This document shows positions 18,457 to 27,643 of a DNA stretch of 64,000 nt, piece by piece (the first letter of the stretch is position 1; each line of letters opens with the position of its first letter). The notes under the pieces were generated by a model. The model had not been told where the DNA came from. It saw only the letters and a list, made by a program, of their open reading frames with translations, and made no database searches. Source of the stretch: an uncultured virus (IMG/VR IMGVR_UViG_3300025168_000061) (lineage: Duplodnaviria; Heunggongvirae; Uroviricota; Caudoviricetes); the IMG/VR virus record IMGVR_UViG_3300025168_000061. One strand, written 5' to 3'. The position numbers and the translations under genes were made by a program.

Positions 18457-19032
18457 TTATGCAGGAACTCCTGCCATTATTTTAGTGTGATTACTTCCCC
18501 CTAACTCTCTTGTGTACCAACCTTTACCAGGTTTGGAAGGATCTGTTGGATGTTCACCATGCCACTCAATTTCTTTTCCACGTAAAATGTCTCTTACTGT
18601 TTCTTCATCATCAACTGTAGGAACACCTCCTATTTCAACAAATGCTCTAAATGCAGGACCTGAAACTTCAATGTAATTACCTGATGTTTTTAATAAATCA
18701 GATTTGTGTCTTAGTAAGTTTTTAATATTTGCTTTATCTCCATCATGACCCATTCCTGTGTGTTTAATGCCTTGTTTTTTCCTTTTACCGAATGTAACTA
18801 CATCTAATTCAGGATCAGCATCAATATCTGCTACTCTCCAATATGTTATATCTGGGTCTAAAATGTCTGAGGGGGAACCAATATTTACATGACCACCTAT
18901 TGAAGAATAAGCGTTTTGAACTAAATCAAATAGTTGGTCTTGAATATCTTTTAATTCAGATGAATCAGTTACTTGAATGTATTTACCCTTCGGATATTCT
19001 ATTTCACTTAATAAATCTAATAATTTTATCAT
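18457..19032 (-). CDS. Hypothetical protein, candidate internal head protein
   Basis: N-terminus MIKLLDLLSE (L-x-E); own TATTTATA motif. Confidence 0.7.
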   Translation of the reverse strand: MIKLLDLLSEIEYPKGKYIQVTDSSELKDIQDQLFDLVQNAYSSIGGHVNIGSPSDILDPDITYWRVADIDADPELDVVTFGKRKKQGIKHTGMGHDGDKANIKNLLRHKSDLLKTSGNYIEVSGPAFRAFVEIGGVPTVDDEETVRDILRGKEIEWHGEHPTDPSKPGKGWYTRELGGSNHTKIMAGVPA

Positions 19033-19048
19033 TTTAGGGGGTGTTTGT

Positions 19049-19056
19049 TATAAATA
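19049..19056 (-). promoter_or_regulatory. TATTTATA putative late promoter (lysis operon)
   Basis: Recurring motif. Confidence 0.6.
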
Positions 19057-19068
19057 TGTAACCTTCTA

Positions 19069-20781
19069 CTATCCATCGCAAGAAGAACATTGGGATAATC
19101 TTGACCCTAAGTCACCTTTAATCACTGAGTCTGTTCTTAAATAATATAGAGTTTTAATTCCAAGCCTATGTGCTTCAATGTGGACCTGGTTTATCCATTT
19201 TGGAGAATCTGTAGGGTCAAAACTTAAATTTAAGGATTGTGTTTGATCTATATATTTTTGTCGGATGGCAGCTTGTTGAACTAACCCTAACTGGTTTATT
19301 TCAGAAAATGATAAAAATACTTCTTTTTCATCCTCTGTTAAAATTGTATTTGGGAGGTTTTGAACGGATCCATTATCTACTAGAATTTGATCCCAGGTTT
19401 TTTCATTATTATATCCTTTTTCTTCTAAGACCTTAGCTAATTCAGGGTTTTTAACTATAAATGTTCCCTTAGCTCCATTAAATGTATAAACATTAGCAGG
19501 TTGAGGTTCTATTCCTGCGGAACATCCGCCAATTCTAGAATTAGATACTGTAGGTGCCACTGCTAACAGATGAGTATTTCTCATTCCTGTACCTTTACAC
19601 CATAGAGGTTCACCATATTCTTGAGCCAATTGACGTGAGGCAGATTCTGCTTTTAATTTTATTTGAGAGAATACAGTATGTGTCCAAGCTGTTGATGATA
19701 TAGAATTAAATGGTAAGTCTCTTTGTTGTAGAAATGTATGCCAACCCATAACCCCTAATCCTAATGCTCTTCCTTTTTTAGCATGTCTATGAGTTCGGGC
19801 CATAGATTCTTTACCATTAGTTTTATCAATGAACTCTTGCATTACACCATCTAAAAAATATACTGCTGTTTCTACAACATCAGTGTCTTTCCATTCATCA
19901 TATTTTGCCAGATTTAAGCTAGATAAACAACAAATAAACGAGTGCTCCTCATCTGTGTGGAGGGTGATTTCAGTACAAATATTAGTCATTGATACATTAA
20001 GATTATTCATAAGATAAGCCATTGGGTTATCTTTATTAATGTTGTCTGAATACATTATGTAAGGTTCACCAGTTTCTACTCTTGATTTTAGAATCTCAAG
20101 CCATATGTCCATAGCTTCAGTATCCCTATCATGTAGTTTCTTCATAAAACTATCATCAATAGAAACACATTGGTGTAAATTTAAACATTGTCTATTTGGA
20201 TCACCTTTTGGGCGTCTAATTTGTAAAAATTCGCGTATATCTTCGTGGTTAATGTCTAAATTAACGCTAGCAGCCCCTCTTCGCACACTGCCCTGATTCG
20301 TAGCAATTATCGTTGAATCAAATATTTTAGCCCAAGGAACAACACCTTCACTTGTTCCATTACCCTTAATTGAAGTTCCTCTTTCTCGGATTTTTGATAA
20401 ACCAATTCCCACACCCCCACCTTGAGAGGTTAACTTCATTAGTTCTGCATTGGTTAAACCTATACCCCTAATTGAATCGGGTGTGTCAACACCAAAGCAT
20501 GAAATGGGTAAACCCCTATCTGTTCCTGTGTTAGATAAGACAGGTGAAGCTAAACCAATCCAACCATTCCAAATATACTTAAAGAATTTATTCTCTAAAT
20601 CTGGTCGGTTTAGTCTTTGGGCTACTGCGTAAGCTACTCTACGGTATGCTTTTTTAGGGGTTTCTCCTGGGAGGAGGTACCCTTTAGAAATTGTAGATAA
20701 AGCTACGTCATCAAAAAATTCAGGATAATCACTGCCCTTTTTCCAGTTTGTGTAATCGGCTATTAAATCGTTATTGTCCAT
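19069..20781 (-). CDS. nrdA: Class I ribonucleotide reductase alpha subunit (short, no ATP cone)
   Basis: PISCF, GGGVG, RRGA, TNICTEI, APT.S, KTLYY, C-terminal CSSCDG. Confidence 0.96.
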   Translation of the reverse strand: MDNNDLIADYTNWKKGSDYPEFFDDVALSTISKGYLLPGETPKKAYRRVAYAVAQRLNRPDLENKFFKYIWNGWIGLASPVLSNTGTDRGLPISCFGVDTPDSIRGIGLTNAELMKLTSQGGGVGIGLSKIRERGTSIKGNGTSEGVVPWAKIFDSTIIATNQGSVRRGAASVNLDINHEDIREFLQIRRPKGDPNRQCLNLHQCVSIDDSFMKKLHDRDTEAMDIWLEILKSRVETGEPYIMYSDNINKDNPMAYLMNNLNVSMTNICTEITLHTDEEHSFICCLSSLNLAKYDEWKDTDVVETAVYFLDGVMQEFIDKTNGKESMARTHRHAKKGRALGLGVMGWHTFLQQRDLPFNSISSTAWTHTVFSQIKLKAESASRQLAQEYGEPLWCKGTGMRNTHLLAVAPTVSNSRIGGCSAGIEPQPANVYTFNGAKGTFIVKNPELAKVLEEKGYNNEKTWDQILVDNGSVQNLPNTILTEDEKEVFLSFSEINQLGLVQQAAIRQKYIDQTQSLNLSFDPTDSPKWINQVHIEAHRLGIKTLYYLRTDSVIKGDLGSRLSQCSSCDG

Positions 20782-20784
20782 TTT

Positions 20785-21771
20785 TTAAAATATTGCGTTT
20801 GCATCCCAATCTTTGGTCCCTTTAGAGTAATTAGTTACCCTTCCTGCGAAGAAGTCGGTGTGTTGTTTTCCTGCTGATAAGTGGTCGAACCACTTCATGT
20901 TGTTTAGTGATGGTAAGTCTACATCACTAATTATTGGATTATATCCTAAATCTCCTAATTTTGTATTAACTCTATTTTTGATAAAATTTGTTAAATCATA
21001 TTTAGAACAACCTTCTAAATCTCCCAACTCATATACCTTATCTATAAAATCAAGTTCAAGTTTAAGTGAAAGTAAAGCAGCTTCGTTTATTGCTGTTTCT
21101 AATTCTGGTGTTTTTAAATTAGGGTTTTCTTCTAGTAAAGTTCTAAATAACCAACACCCCGCTTCCGAGTGCATTGATTCATCCCTAATTGACCATTCTA
21201 CTATTTGACCTACACCCTTGAGTTTGTTTCTCATTTTAAATGAAAGTAAAATTGCAAACGAAGAAAATAAATTTACTCCTTCAGTAAAGGCTGAGAATAT
21301 AGCTAATGATGTTGCTCTTTTATGCCAATCTACTTCTTCATTAAAGCTATCTCTAACCTCCATTAAAGTTTCAATTTTAGCCATAGTTGTATCATCTTCT
21401 AAAAATTCAGAAAAATCATCTAAACCTAATTCTTCATTAAGTAATGAGTAAGCTTCGGCATGGATTGTTTCCATAGCACCAAAAGTAGTAGCCATTGCTA
21501 TTATTTCAGGTTTCCTAAACCATTTTGTTACTAACCCGGTCCAATAATCATTTACTACGGTTTCAGTTTGAGCAAAGCCCTTTAAGATAGAACCTATTAT
21601 ATTTTTTTCTGTTTCTGTTAAATTTTGTTTCCAATCATTGATGTCACTCATCATTGGAACTTCTGTGTGGATCCAATGTGCCTGATGCTGTTTAAGCCAA
21701 TAGTCAGCGGCTTTAGGATATTCAAAAGGCTTATAGACTATTCTTTCTTTAAGTAAATTTGGTTTTGCCAT
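20785..21771 (-). CDS. nrdB: Class I ribonucleotide reductase beta subunit
   Basis: METIHAEAY, EGVNLFSSF, RDESMH, TDFF..RVTNY. Confidence 0.96.
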   Translation of the reverse strand: MAKPNLLKERIVYKPFEYPKAADYWLKQHQAHWIHTEVPMMSDINDWKQNLTETEKNIIGSILKGFAQTETVVNDYWTGLVTKWFRKPEIIAMATTFGAMETIHAEAYSLLNEELGLDDFSEFLEDDTTMAKIETLMEVRDSFNEEVDWHKRATSLAIFSAFTEGVNLFSSFAILLSFKMRNKLKGVGQIVEWSIRDESMHSEAGCWLFRTLLEENPNLKTPELETAINEAALLSLKLELDFIDKVYELGDLEGCSKYDLTNFIKNRVNTKLGDLGYNPIISDVDLPSLNNMKWFDHLSAGKQHTDFFAGRVTNYSKGTKDWDANAIF

Positions 21772-21788
21772 TGTTTGTGTTGGTTTGT

Positions 21789-23165
21789 TTATTGGTTCAT
21801 AAAAAAGTTTTCTGTAATGTCTTGACCCTTTATATGGGATTTGTCGTAACTATTAAAATTAGATGTTGAAAGCGATTCTGTTTGTAAGTTTGTTACTAAC
21901 TCATCATCCTCATCGTAATCATGAACTGTAAAGTGTCCAGTTGATGTGTCAGCTTTTACTCCAAATGTTAATCCATCCATCCCGTATCTGTTTTTCATTA
22001 CATGAAACCTACCTGTGCCATTTACTTTATCTTTTGCTTTTCTAGATAAGGATAAACAAAAGTCAGTTATCATAATTTTATCATAACTTCCGGCTGCTTT
22101 ATCTCCTTCAATGACATCATCTTTAGCACCCGCTCGATTTACTTGAGAAACTGACCAAATTGGTACCTTTAATTCTCTAGCAAGTCCTTTAGTGCTTGTA
22201 TAAATATCATCTATCTCCCCTTTACGATCAGCTGTTTTCTTTCTTGTGCCTAAAAGGTCAACATAATCTATTATTATTAAATCTGGTTTGATGTCTAGGT
22301 CTTGACATTTTCTAATATGTGATTCTACAGTGTGGATAGTTGTTTTACCCATTGGAAATTCTTTAATAACTAATTTACCTGGTATTTTAGGGATAATTTC
22401 TTCTACTTTGTCTTTGTGTTGAGTTATGTTATTTACAGGTATTTGAGTAAAAAAGGCATCATATCTTCTACCTACATAATCTTCCCCTAATTCTAAAGTA
22501 TAGTGTAAAACATTATAACCTGCTCTAACGGCAAATCCTCCAAGTGCTACTAGGGACCAACTTTTTCCACCTCCTGGATTACCAAATATTAAACCAAAAT
22601 CTCCACTGCCTAATCCTCCTTGTAGTAATTCATTTATTCTATCCCAAGGTGTAGGAATTGGATTTCTTGTATCCTCTCTATATCTGGTTTCAATATCTAT
22701 ATTATATTCATGTCCTATATTCTTATCGTTTCCTGCCCTTAAAGCGCTTTCTACTAACAATTTTATAGAATCATAATCTCCCGCCTTTAATAAATCTACT
22801 GAAGATAATAATGCTTTTTTAAGTTGTTGGTTCTTACAAAATGCAGAAAATTCTTCCTGTACATATTTTAAGTCATCATCACTTGCTATGTATGCCTCTC
22901 TAAGCTGTTCTTTAATAGAAATTTGTAGTACCTCATTTTCTATTTTTTTAACCTTAACTTTTAAAATGTCCAGTGAGGGAACTGTATGGTATTTGTCATA
23001 ATATTTTATTATTTCTTTTATAATCCATTTATGGGCTTGATTATTAAAATCTTCCTCATTTAAGATATCATATATGTTTGTTAAAAATTCTTTATGGGTT
23101 AATAAAGAAGATAAAACCTTAATTTGAAATCCCTTTCCATATTCTTCTATTGATTTTAATGTCAT
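21789..23165 (-). CDS. Replicative DnaB-like helicase (gp41-like)
   Basis: GNPGGGKS, YTLE, IIIDY, SQVNR, KNRYG. Confidence 0.93.
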   Translation of the reverse strand: MTLKSIEEYGKGFQIKVLSSLLTHKEFLTNIYDILNEEDFNNQAHKWIIKEIIKYYDKYHTVPSLDILKVKVKKIENEVLQISIKEQLREAYIASDDDLKYVQEEFSAFCKNQQLKKALLSSVDLLKAGDYDSIKLLVESALRAGNDKNIGHEYNIDIETRYREDTRNPIPTPWDRINELLQGGLGSGDFGLIFGNPGGGKSWSLVALGGFAVRAGYNVLHYTLELGEDYVGRRYDAFFTQIPVNNITQHKDKVEEIIPKIPGKLVIKEFPMGKTTIHTVESHIRKCQDLDIKPDLIIIDYVDLLGTRKKTADRKGEIDDIYTSTKGLARELKVPIWSVSQVNRAGAKDDVIEGDKAAGSYDKIMITDFCLSLSRKAKDKVNGTGRFHVMKNRYGMDGLTFGVKADTSTGHFTVHDYDEDDELVTNLQTESLSTSNFNSYDKSHIKGQDITENFFMNQ

Positions 23166-23170
23166 ATAAC

Positions 23171-24202
23171 TTATTTATTTGTAACTAATTTTGCGAAGAC
23201 ATCATCTAACCAAAAATCTAAATTTCTGATCATTCCACCTAATTTGTCTTCATTATATAATGCTGTGAACTGCTCGGGAAGATAATTTAAATCTTTGGAT
23301 TCTACAAATCCATCTATATATTTCTTATCATTTTCTCCTAACATTGGATTACTTAAATCCATTACTTTATAATTTTTCTCTAATTCACTTATCCCTTGAA
23401 TTACTCGGGCATATACTACATGGTCCTTAAATTTCTTTTCACATATATCAAGAATATCATCAAATGTTAAAATACCTTCGGTTAATTCGGGGAATTTTTT
23501 AAATAATCCTTTTTCACCTAACCCCTTAACTCCCTTAATTTTATCTGAATTATCGCCTAATAATGTTTTGTAAATGATGAAATTTTGGGCAGGCATATTA
23601 TACTTTTCTTTTATAACATCTTCAGTATAATACTTTTTTTCCATTGGTCTATAAACTATAACATTTTTGGAAATCAATTGGAGAAAATCTTTATCGCTAG
23701 ATATTATAAACACCTTATCGTCTTGGTGATTTGGCAGTTTATCACTTAAATATGCGATAATATCATCGGCTTCCGCCTTATCTAAGGATAGTGTTTTAAC
23801 AGGTAAGGTTTTTAAATATTGTATTACTCTTACTATTTGATCTACTTTAGAATCATCTTCATCATCTAAGTTTTCAAATACCTCCCAATTAGTAATTCGT
23901 TGTAAATTCCTCCCTGATTTATATTCAGGGAGGAGATTTTTTCGGTTAGCTGTTGAACCTGCACCATCAAAAATTACGTAAACTTGATCTGGTTGGGTTT
24001 TACGAATCATAGCTCCTAATGATCTAAAGAATCCACCTAAACCCCCTATATGGACACCATCGGGATTAACCATATTGAGCATAGCAAAGTTTCTAAAAAA
24101 TAAATTTAGACCATCTAGAATTAATATTCTATTACCTTCAGACAGACTTTTATCATTCTCCTGAGTATCACCCAGAAGTTCAAGTAATTCTTTCTTTTTC
24201 AT
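23171..24202 (-). CDS. 5'-3' exonuclease / RNase H (FEN family)
   Basis: ILDGLN, FDG, YKSGR, EADDIIA, SSDKDFLQ, GDNSDKIKGVKGLG. Confidence 0.95.
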   Translation of the reverse strand: MKKKELLELLGDTQENDKSLSEGNRILILDGLNLFFRNFAMLNMVNPDGVHIGGLGGFFRSLGAMIRKTQPDQVYVIFDGAGSTANRKNLLPEYKSGRNLQRITNWEVFENLDDEDDSKVDQIVRVIQYLKTLPVKTLSLDKAEADDIIAYLSDKLPNHQDDKVFIISSDKDFLQLISKNVIVYRPMEKKYYTEDVIKEKYNMPAQNFIIYKTLLGDNSDKIKGVKGLGEKGLFKKFPELTEGILTFDDILDICEKKFKDHVVYARVIQGISELEKNYKVMDLSNPMLGENDKKYIDGFVESKDLNYLPEQFTALYNEDKLGGMIRNLDFWLDDVFAKLVTNK

Positions 24203-24204
24203 AA

Positions 24205-25281
24205 TTATTCTGGTTCTTCGGTGTATGAGGATATATCATTGTATTCATGATCTTCCTCAACGATTTGAAAATCACCCCCACCTAATATATTTTTCCAAGC
24301 AGCGGCATTATCTGTTTTATAATCTTTAAGCTCTTTATCAGTATCATTGATAAAGCCATGAGGTGTCATAACTATTCTACCTCTAGTGGTAACTCCATTA
24401 ATGTGATTTTTATCAATTTGTAAGTTAACACGCTTAGCAAATTCAACTTGCTTGCCATCTTTAATTGCTTTAATTTTAGATGTTCCTGCATTTGAAATAT
24501 TACCAAATGTAACTACAAATGTTGAATCAAACCACATAGCAAATCCACCCTTATTCATTAATTTTGGTTTACCCATAGGTGATTCTGCTTTGGCCGTCCA
24601 TACTTTATTAATACAAACCAAAGTATTAGTAAATGGGGATGATTCTTTTCTTGATAATGTAACTCTTTGGTTAACATTATTTCCAAATTGAGTTGACATT
24701 GCACCCGCATTCCACTCATTGTTGTTTTTATTGGATTTAATAGACATTTCACATGGAACTGATCCTATTGAATCCCATAAAAATAATAAATCATAAGGTA
24801 AATCACCTTTTTTCTGTTCATCCATTAAGTCTAAGATAAACACGGCTACATCTTCAATAGTATTAATTGTTTCTCTATCTACGTAAATGAAATTACCTTC
24901 ATAATTTACAACTTCACCTGTTTCCTTATCAACAACTTCTTCAACTTCTAATCCCATTTGTTTTGCATGTTCCCAATTCCATTTCATTTCAGTAATGATG
25001 AAAATTGGTAGGATATTTCTTTTTTGAGCTGATACGGCTGCTTCTAGTAGTGCAGTTGTTTTACCTGTATCTGAATGACCTCTAAGTAATACAATATGTC
25101 CCATTGGAATACCAGGGATTGATGTAACATCTTGAAATGCTTTTGACAGTGGTATCCAAGATTGTTCTTTAAATTTAACGTTTTGTTTAAGTCCCTTCTT
25201 TTCTTTGAAGGAACTTAAATCAAATTTAGATTTTATTTCAGCAGAGACTGCTTCATGTAACGATTTTTTAACTCTAGGCAT
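24205..25281 (-). CDS. uvsX: RecA/UvsX-like recombinase
   Basis: GIPMG, GHSDTGKTT, WDSIGS, KGG; located between the SSB and exonuclease genes. Confidence 0.88.
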   Translation of the reverse strand: MPRVKKSLHEAVSAEIKSKFDLSSFKEKKGLKQNVKFKEQSWIPLSKAFQDVTSIPGIPMGHIVLLRGHSDTGKTTALLEAAVSAQKRNILPIFIITEMKWNWEHAKQMGLEVEEVVDKETGEVVNYEGNFIYVDRETINTIEDVAVFILDLMDEQKKGDLPYDLLFLWDSIGSVPCEMSIKSNKNNNEWNAGAMSTQFGNNVNQRVTLSRKESSPFTNTLVCINKVWTAKAESPMGKPKLMNKGGFAMWFDSTFVVTFGNISNAGTSKIKAIKDGKQVEFAKRVNLQIDKNHINGVTTRGRIVMTPHGFINDTDKELKDYKTDNAAAWKNILGGGDFQIVEEDHEYNDISSYTEEPE

Positions 25282-25292
25282 ATATTTTCAAT

Positions 25293-26147
25293 TTAAAAGG
25301 GTAAGTCATCATTTTTACCATCATCAAATAAATCATCGAATTCAGCTGATTTGGCTTTCTTAGGTGTTCCTTGGGTTGCTAAACTAAATGCTTTTGGGGG
25401 AGAAGCATCCGTACCATTTGTAGTATTACTTTCAAATGCAACTGCAGGTTCTGATGTTATTTCACCTTCACCCCCTTCGTTACCTGCTATGAAATTTTGT
25501 AATTCATCTTTTAATTTATCGTAAGTGTATTTATACCTTTCTTCTAGTAATTGTGGTTGGTTTTCTAACCACGCATTTACAGTATTAGCATCTTCACTCA
25601 ATGGTGTTTGTTTAGGTTTTGGTCTCAAACTAAGCCCAAATCCAGGTCTATCAGCTACCTTGGAGGCATTAACAATAAAATCAAACCCTTCAGCTACATC
25701 TGTAAAATCACCATAATCCTCATCATCAGCAATTGATAACAATTCCATGTAGATAGTTTTACTAAACTCAAACAAACGAACACCTTTATCTTCTTCTCCT
25801 CTAACAATAACAGGAGCGAATACTCTTAATTTCGGATCTAACTTTTTAGCTAATCTCCAATTTTCAGAATCACTTGTAGTCCTTAATTTTTTAGTAAAAT
25901 CAACTACCGGATCTTGTTCTCCCCAGTTAGACAATGCAACGATTGGATACTTTCCAACACCATAGTGCATGTAAATTTCCTGGAAGGGGTTGTTTTTGTT
26001 TAGTAATGAGGGGACAAATCTAATTTGATATTTTCCCTCTTGTCTTGGTTTCCAATAAACTAAGGTATAGTCTTTTTTCTCACCTGTTTTTGGTTTGGCA
26101 TCCTGATTCAAAGATGTCAAACGATTCTTGATTTGATTTAAATCCAT
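25293..26147 (-). CDS. Single-stranded DNA-binding protein (gp32-like)
   Basis: YWKP, IRFVP, DP, GVRLFEF, acidic tail ending DDLPF. Confidence 0.88.
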   Translation of the reverse strand: MDLNQIKNRLTSLNQDAKPKTGEKKDYTLVYWKPRQEGKYQIRFVPSLLNKNNPFQEIYMHYGVGKYPIVALSNWGEQDPVVDFTKKLRTTSDSENWRLAKKLDPKLRVFAPVIVRGEEDKGVRLFEFSKTIYMELLSIADDEDYGDFTDVAEGFDFIVNASKVADRPGFGLSLRPKPKQTPLSEDANTVNAWLENQPQLLEERYKYTYDKLKDELQNFIAGNEGGEGEITSEPAVAFESNTTNGTDASPPKAFSLATQGTPKKAKSAEFDDLFDDGKNDDLPF

Positions 26148-26177
26148 AATTATAACTGTTTTTTTTATTTATACTTA

Positions 26178-26207
26178 AATATAATGAAAATTTAGCTGGA
26201 AGCCAAA
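26178..26207 (-). promoter_or_regulatory. TTTG-N20-TATATT promoter (ssb-nrd operon)
   Basis: TTTGGCTTCCAGCTAAATTTTCATTATATT. Confidence 0.7.
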
Positions 26208-26214
26208 TTATAAT

Positions 26215-26688
26215 CTAGGGAAGATTAATTATATCGTGAATTTTTGTGTTGAGTTGTTTTAAATCTCCATGTTGGGTAAGCAAAACACAATTTCTGTAGT
26301 GCTGCCAATTAATTGGAAATTTAGTATCAACAACTCCCCCATTAAGCTTTTTAATTAGCTCATTTAGGGCATTTATTGTGTATAATGTATTCGTTTCTTT
26401 CTTTCTATGTACTAAGATAGTATTCAGGGGGATATTTCTTACATTACCCTGGTCAACATTATAAGTAATTACATATTCGTCATTACTTTTGATATAAAGT
26501 ATAAACATTTTGTTATACATTATATTGTATGTGGTTGAAAGTTCTTTAACTTTAAACTCAATCTCTTCGGCCTTTACAAAGGTACAAAATAATTTATTAT
26601 TCAAATCTCCTAAATTTATAAAGTTGTCATTATCATATTCCATCTTATAAATATTAGAGGGTTGATTAAAAGTCATAACTGATTCCAT
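26215..26688 (-). CDS. Hypothetical protein; the true start may be the ATG at 26643
   Basis: ORF; a TATTTATA at 26646-26653 precedes the internal ATG. Confidence 0.75.
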   Translation of the reverse strand: MESVMTFNQPSNIYKMEYDNDNFINLGDLNNKLFCTFVKAEEIEFKVKELSTTYNIMYNKMFILYIKSNDEYVITYNVDQGNVRNIPLNTILVHRKKETNTLYTINALNELIKKLNGGVVDTKFPINWQHYRNCVLLTQHGDLKQLNTKIHDIINLP

Positions 26689-26878
26689 GTGTAATTTTTG
26701 TTTTAAGTTTATATTTTTTAAATACAGATAATATGCGCTCTAATGTATCTTTTTCGGTGTTTTTAAAATCCAGCAAAAATGCGTCATATGTGTACAATAC
26801 TAATTTTGTTTCTTGTTTTTGTAAAATTTTAATTATATCCCATAATATACAAACATTAGTTGATGTTTCCAAGTTCTG
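26666..26878 (-). pseudogene. Displaced duplicate of the polA 3' end (about 70 codons, includes motif C)
   Basis: QNLETSTNVCILWD...KLVLYTYDAFLLD...KYKLK...G.SYDF parallels the polA C-terminus. Confidence 0.92.
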
Positions 26879-27593
26879 GTTTGTATTTTTGGTCTTTAGG
26901 AACGTTTCTATTACCTATAGAGGTGTCACCCATTTTATGGGAGATTTCTGTTGTCTTCCATAAAGGAATTAAATTATCTAACCCCCAACATTCTTTTATA
27001 GCCTTTTCATTAGTTACATCATATAAATTTTGAGGTGTAATATGATGTATTTCCCATAGGTTTCCACAGTTATCCCAATTCATGCCCTTTCTAAAATGTT
27101 TTTCTAAGTGGGTTTTTAATTGTTGGAAGGTGTAATCTGTGACTTTACTAAAACTGAGGTGTTTAGATTTACCCTTATCTTTAAAGAATAAATGAAAATT
27201 TGCCTTCATTAATTGTTGTAATCTAAAATCAACATCATTTTTATATCGTTCTCTCCATCTTTCATTTCTTCGTATTCTTACCTCAGGTTGTTGGCTATAC
27301 ATTTTTAATCTTTCTTTATTCTCTTGATAATATTCTTTAAAATAACCTTCCTTTAAATATTTATCATTCCATTTTTTGCTTTGGATTAAATATAATTCTG
27401 GGTTGTCTATTTTCCATTTATTATATCTTTCAGTTTCTTGTTTAATATAGTATTTTCTTTTTTTTAAGTAAGATTTTTTAACACTTTTTTTAACACATTC
27501 TTTACACCTATTACTCAAACCATCCTTATTGTTTTGGTTTCTATTAAACATTGGATGTTGAATATTGCATTGGGGGTTATTACATTTTTTCAT
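26856..27593 (-). CDS. Putative HNH homing endonuclease
   Basis: N-terminal Cys cluster (C..PQC...CKEC), basic helix, GMNWDN.G..WEIHHITP...CW..DNL.PLW. Confidence 0.85.
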   Translation of the reverse strand: MKKCNNPQCNIQHPMFNRNQNNKDGLSNRCKECVKKSVKKSYLKKRKYYIKQETERYNKWKIDNPELYLIQSKKWNDKYLKEGYFKEYYQENKERLKMYSQQPEVRIRRNERWRERYKNDVDFRLQQLMKANFHLFFKDKGKSKHLSFSKVTDYTFQQLKTHLEKHFRKGMNWDNCGNLWEIHHITPQNLYDVTNEKAIKECWGLDNLIPLWKTTEISHKMGDTSIGNRNVPKDQKYKPELGNIN

Positions 27594-27608
27594 ATTTTTA
27601 TATTTTAA

Positions 27609-27616
27609 TATAAATA
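27609..27616 (-). promoter_or_regulatory. TATTTATA putative late promoter (HNH)
   Basis: Recurring motif. Confidence 0.55.
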
Positions 27617-27643
27617 CATAAAGTCTCCAAATTTTGTAAAAAA

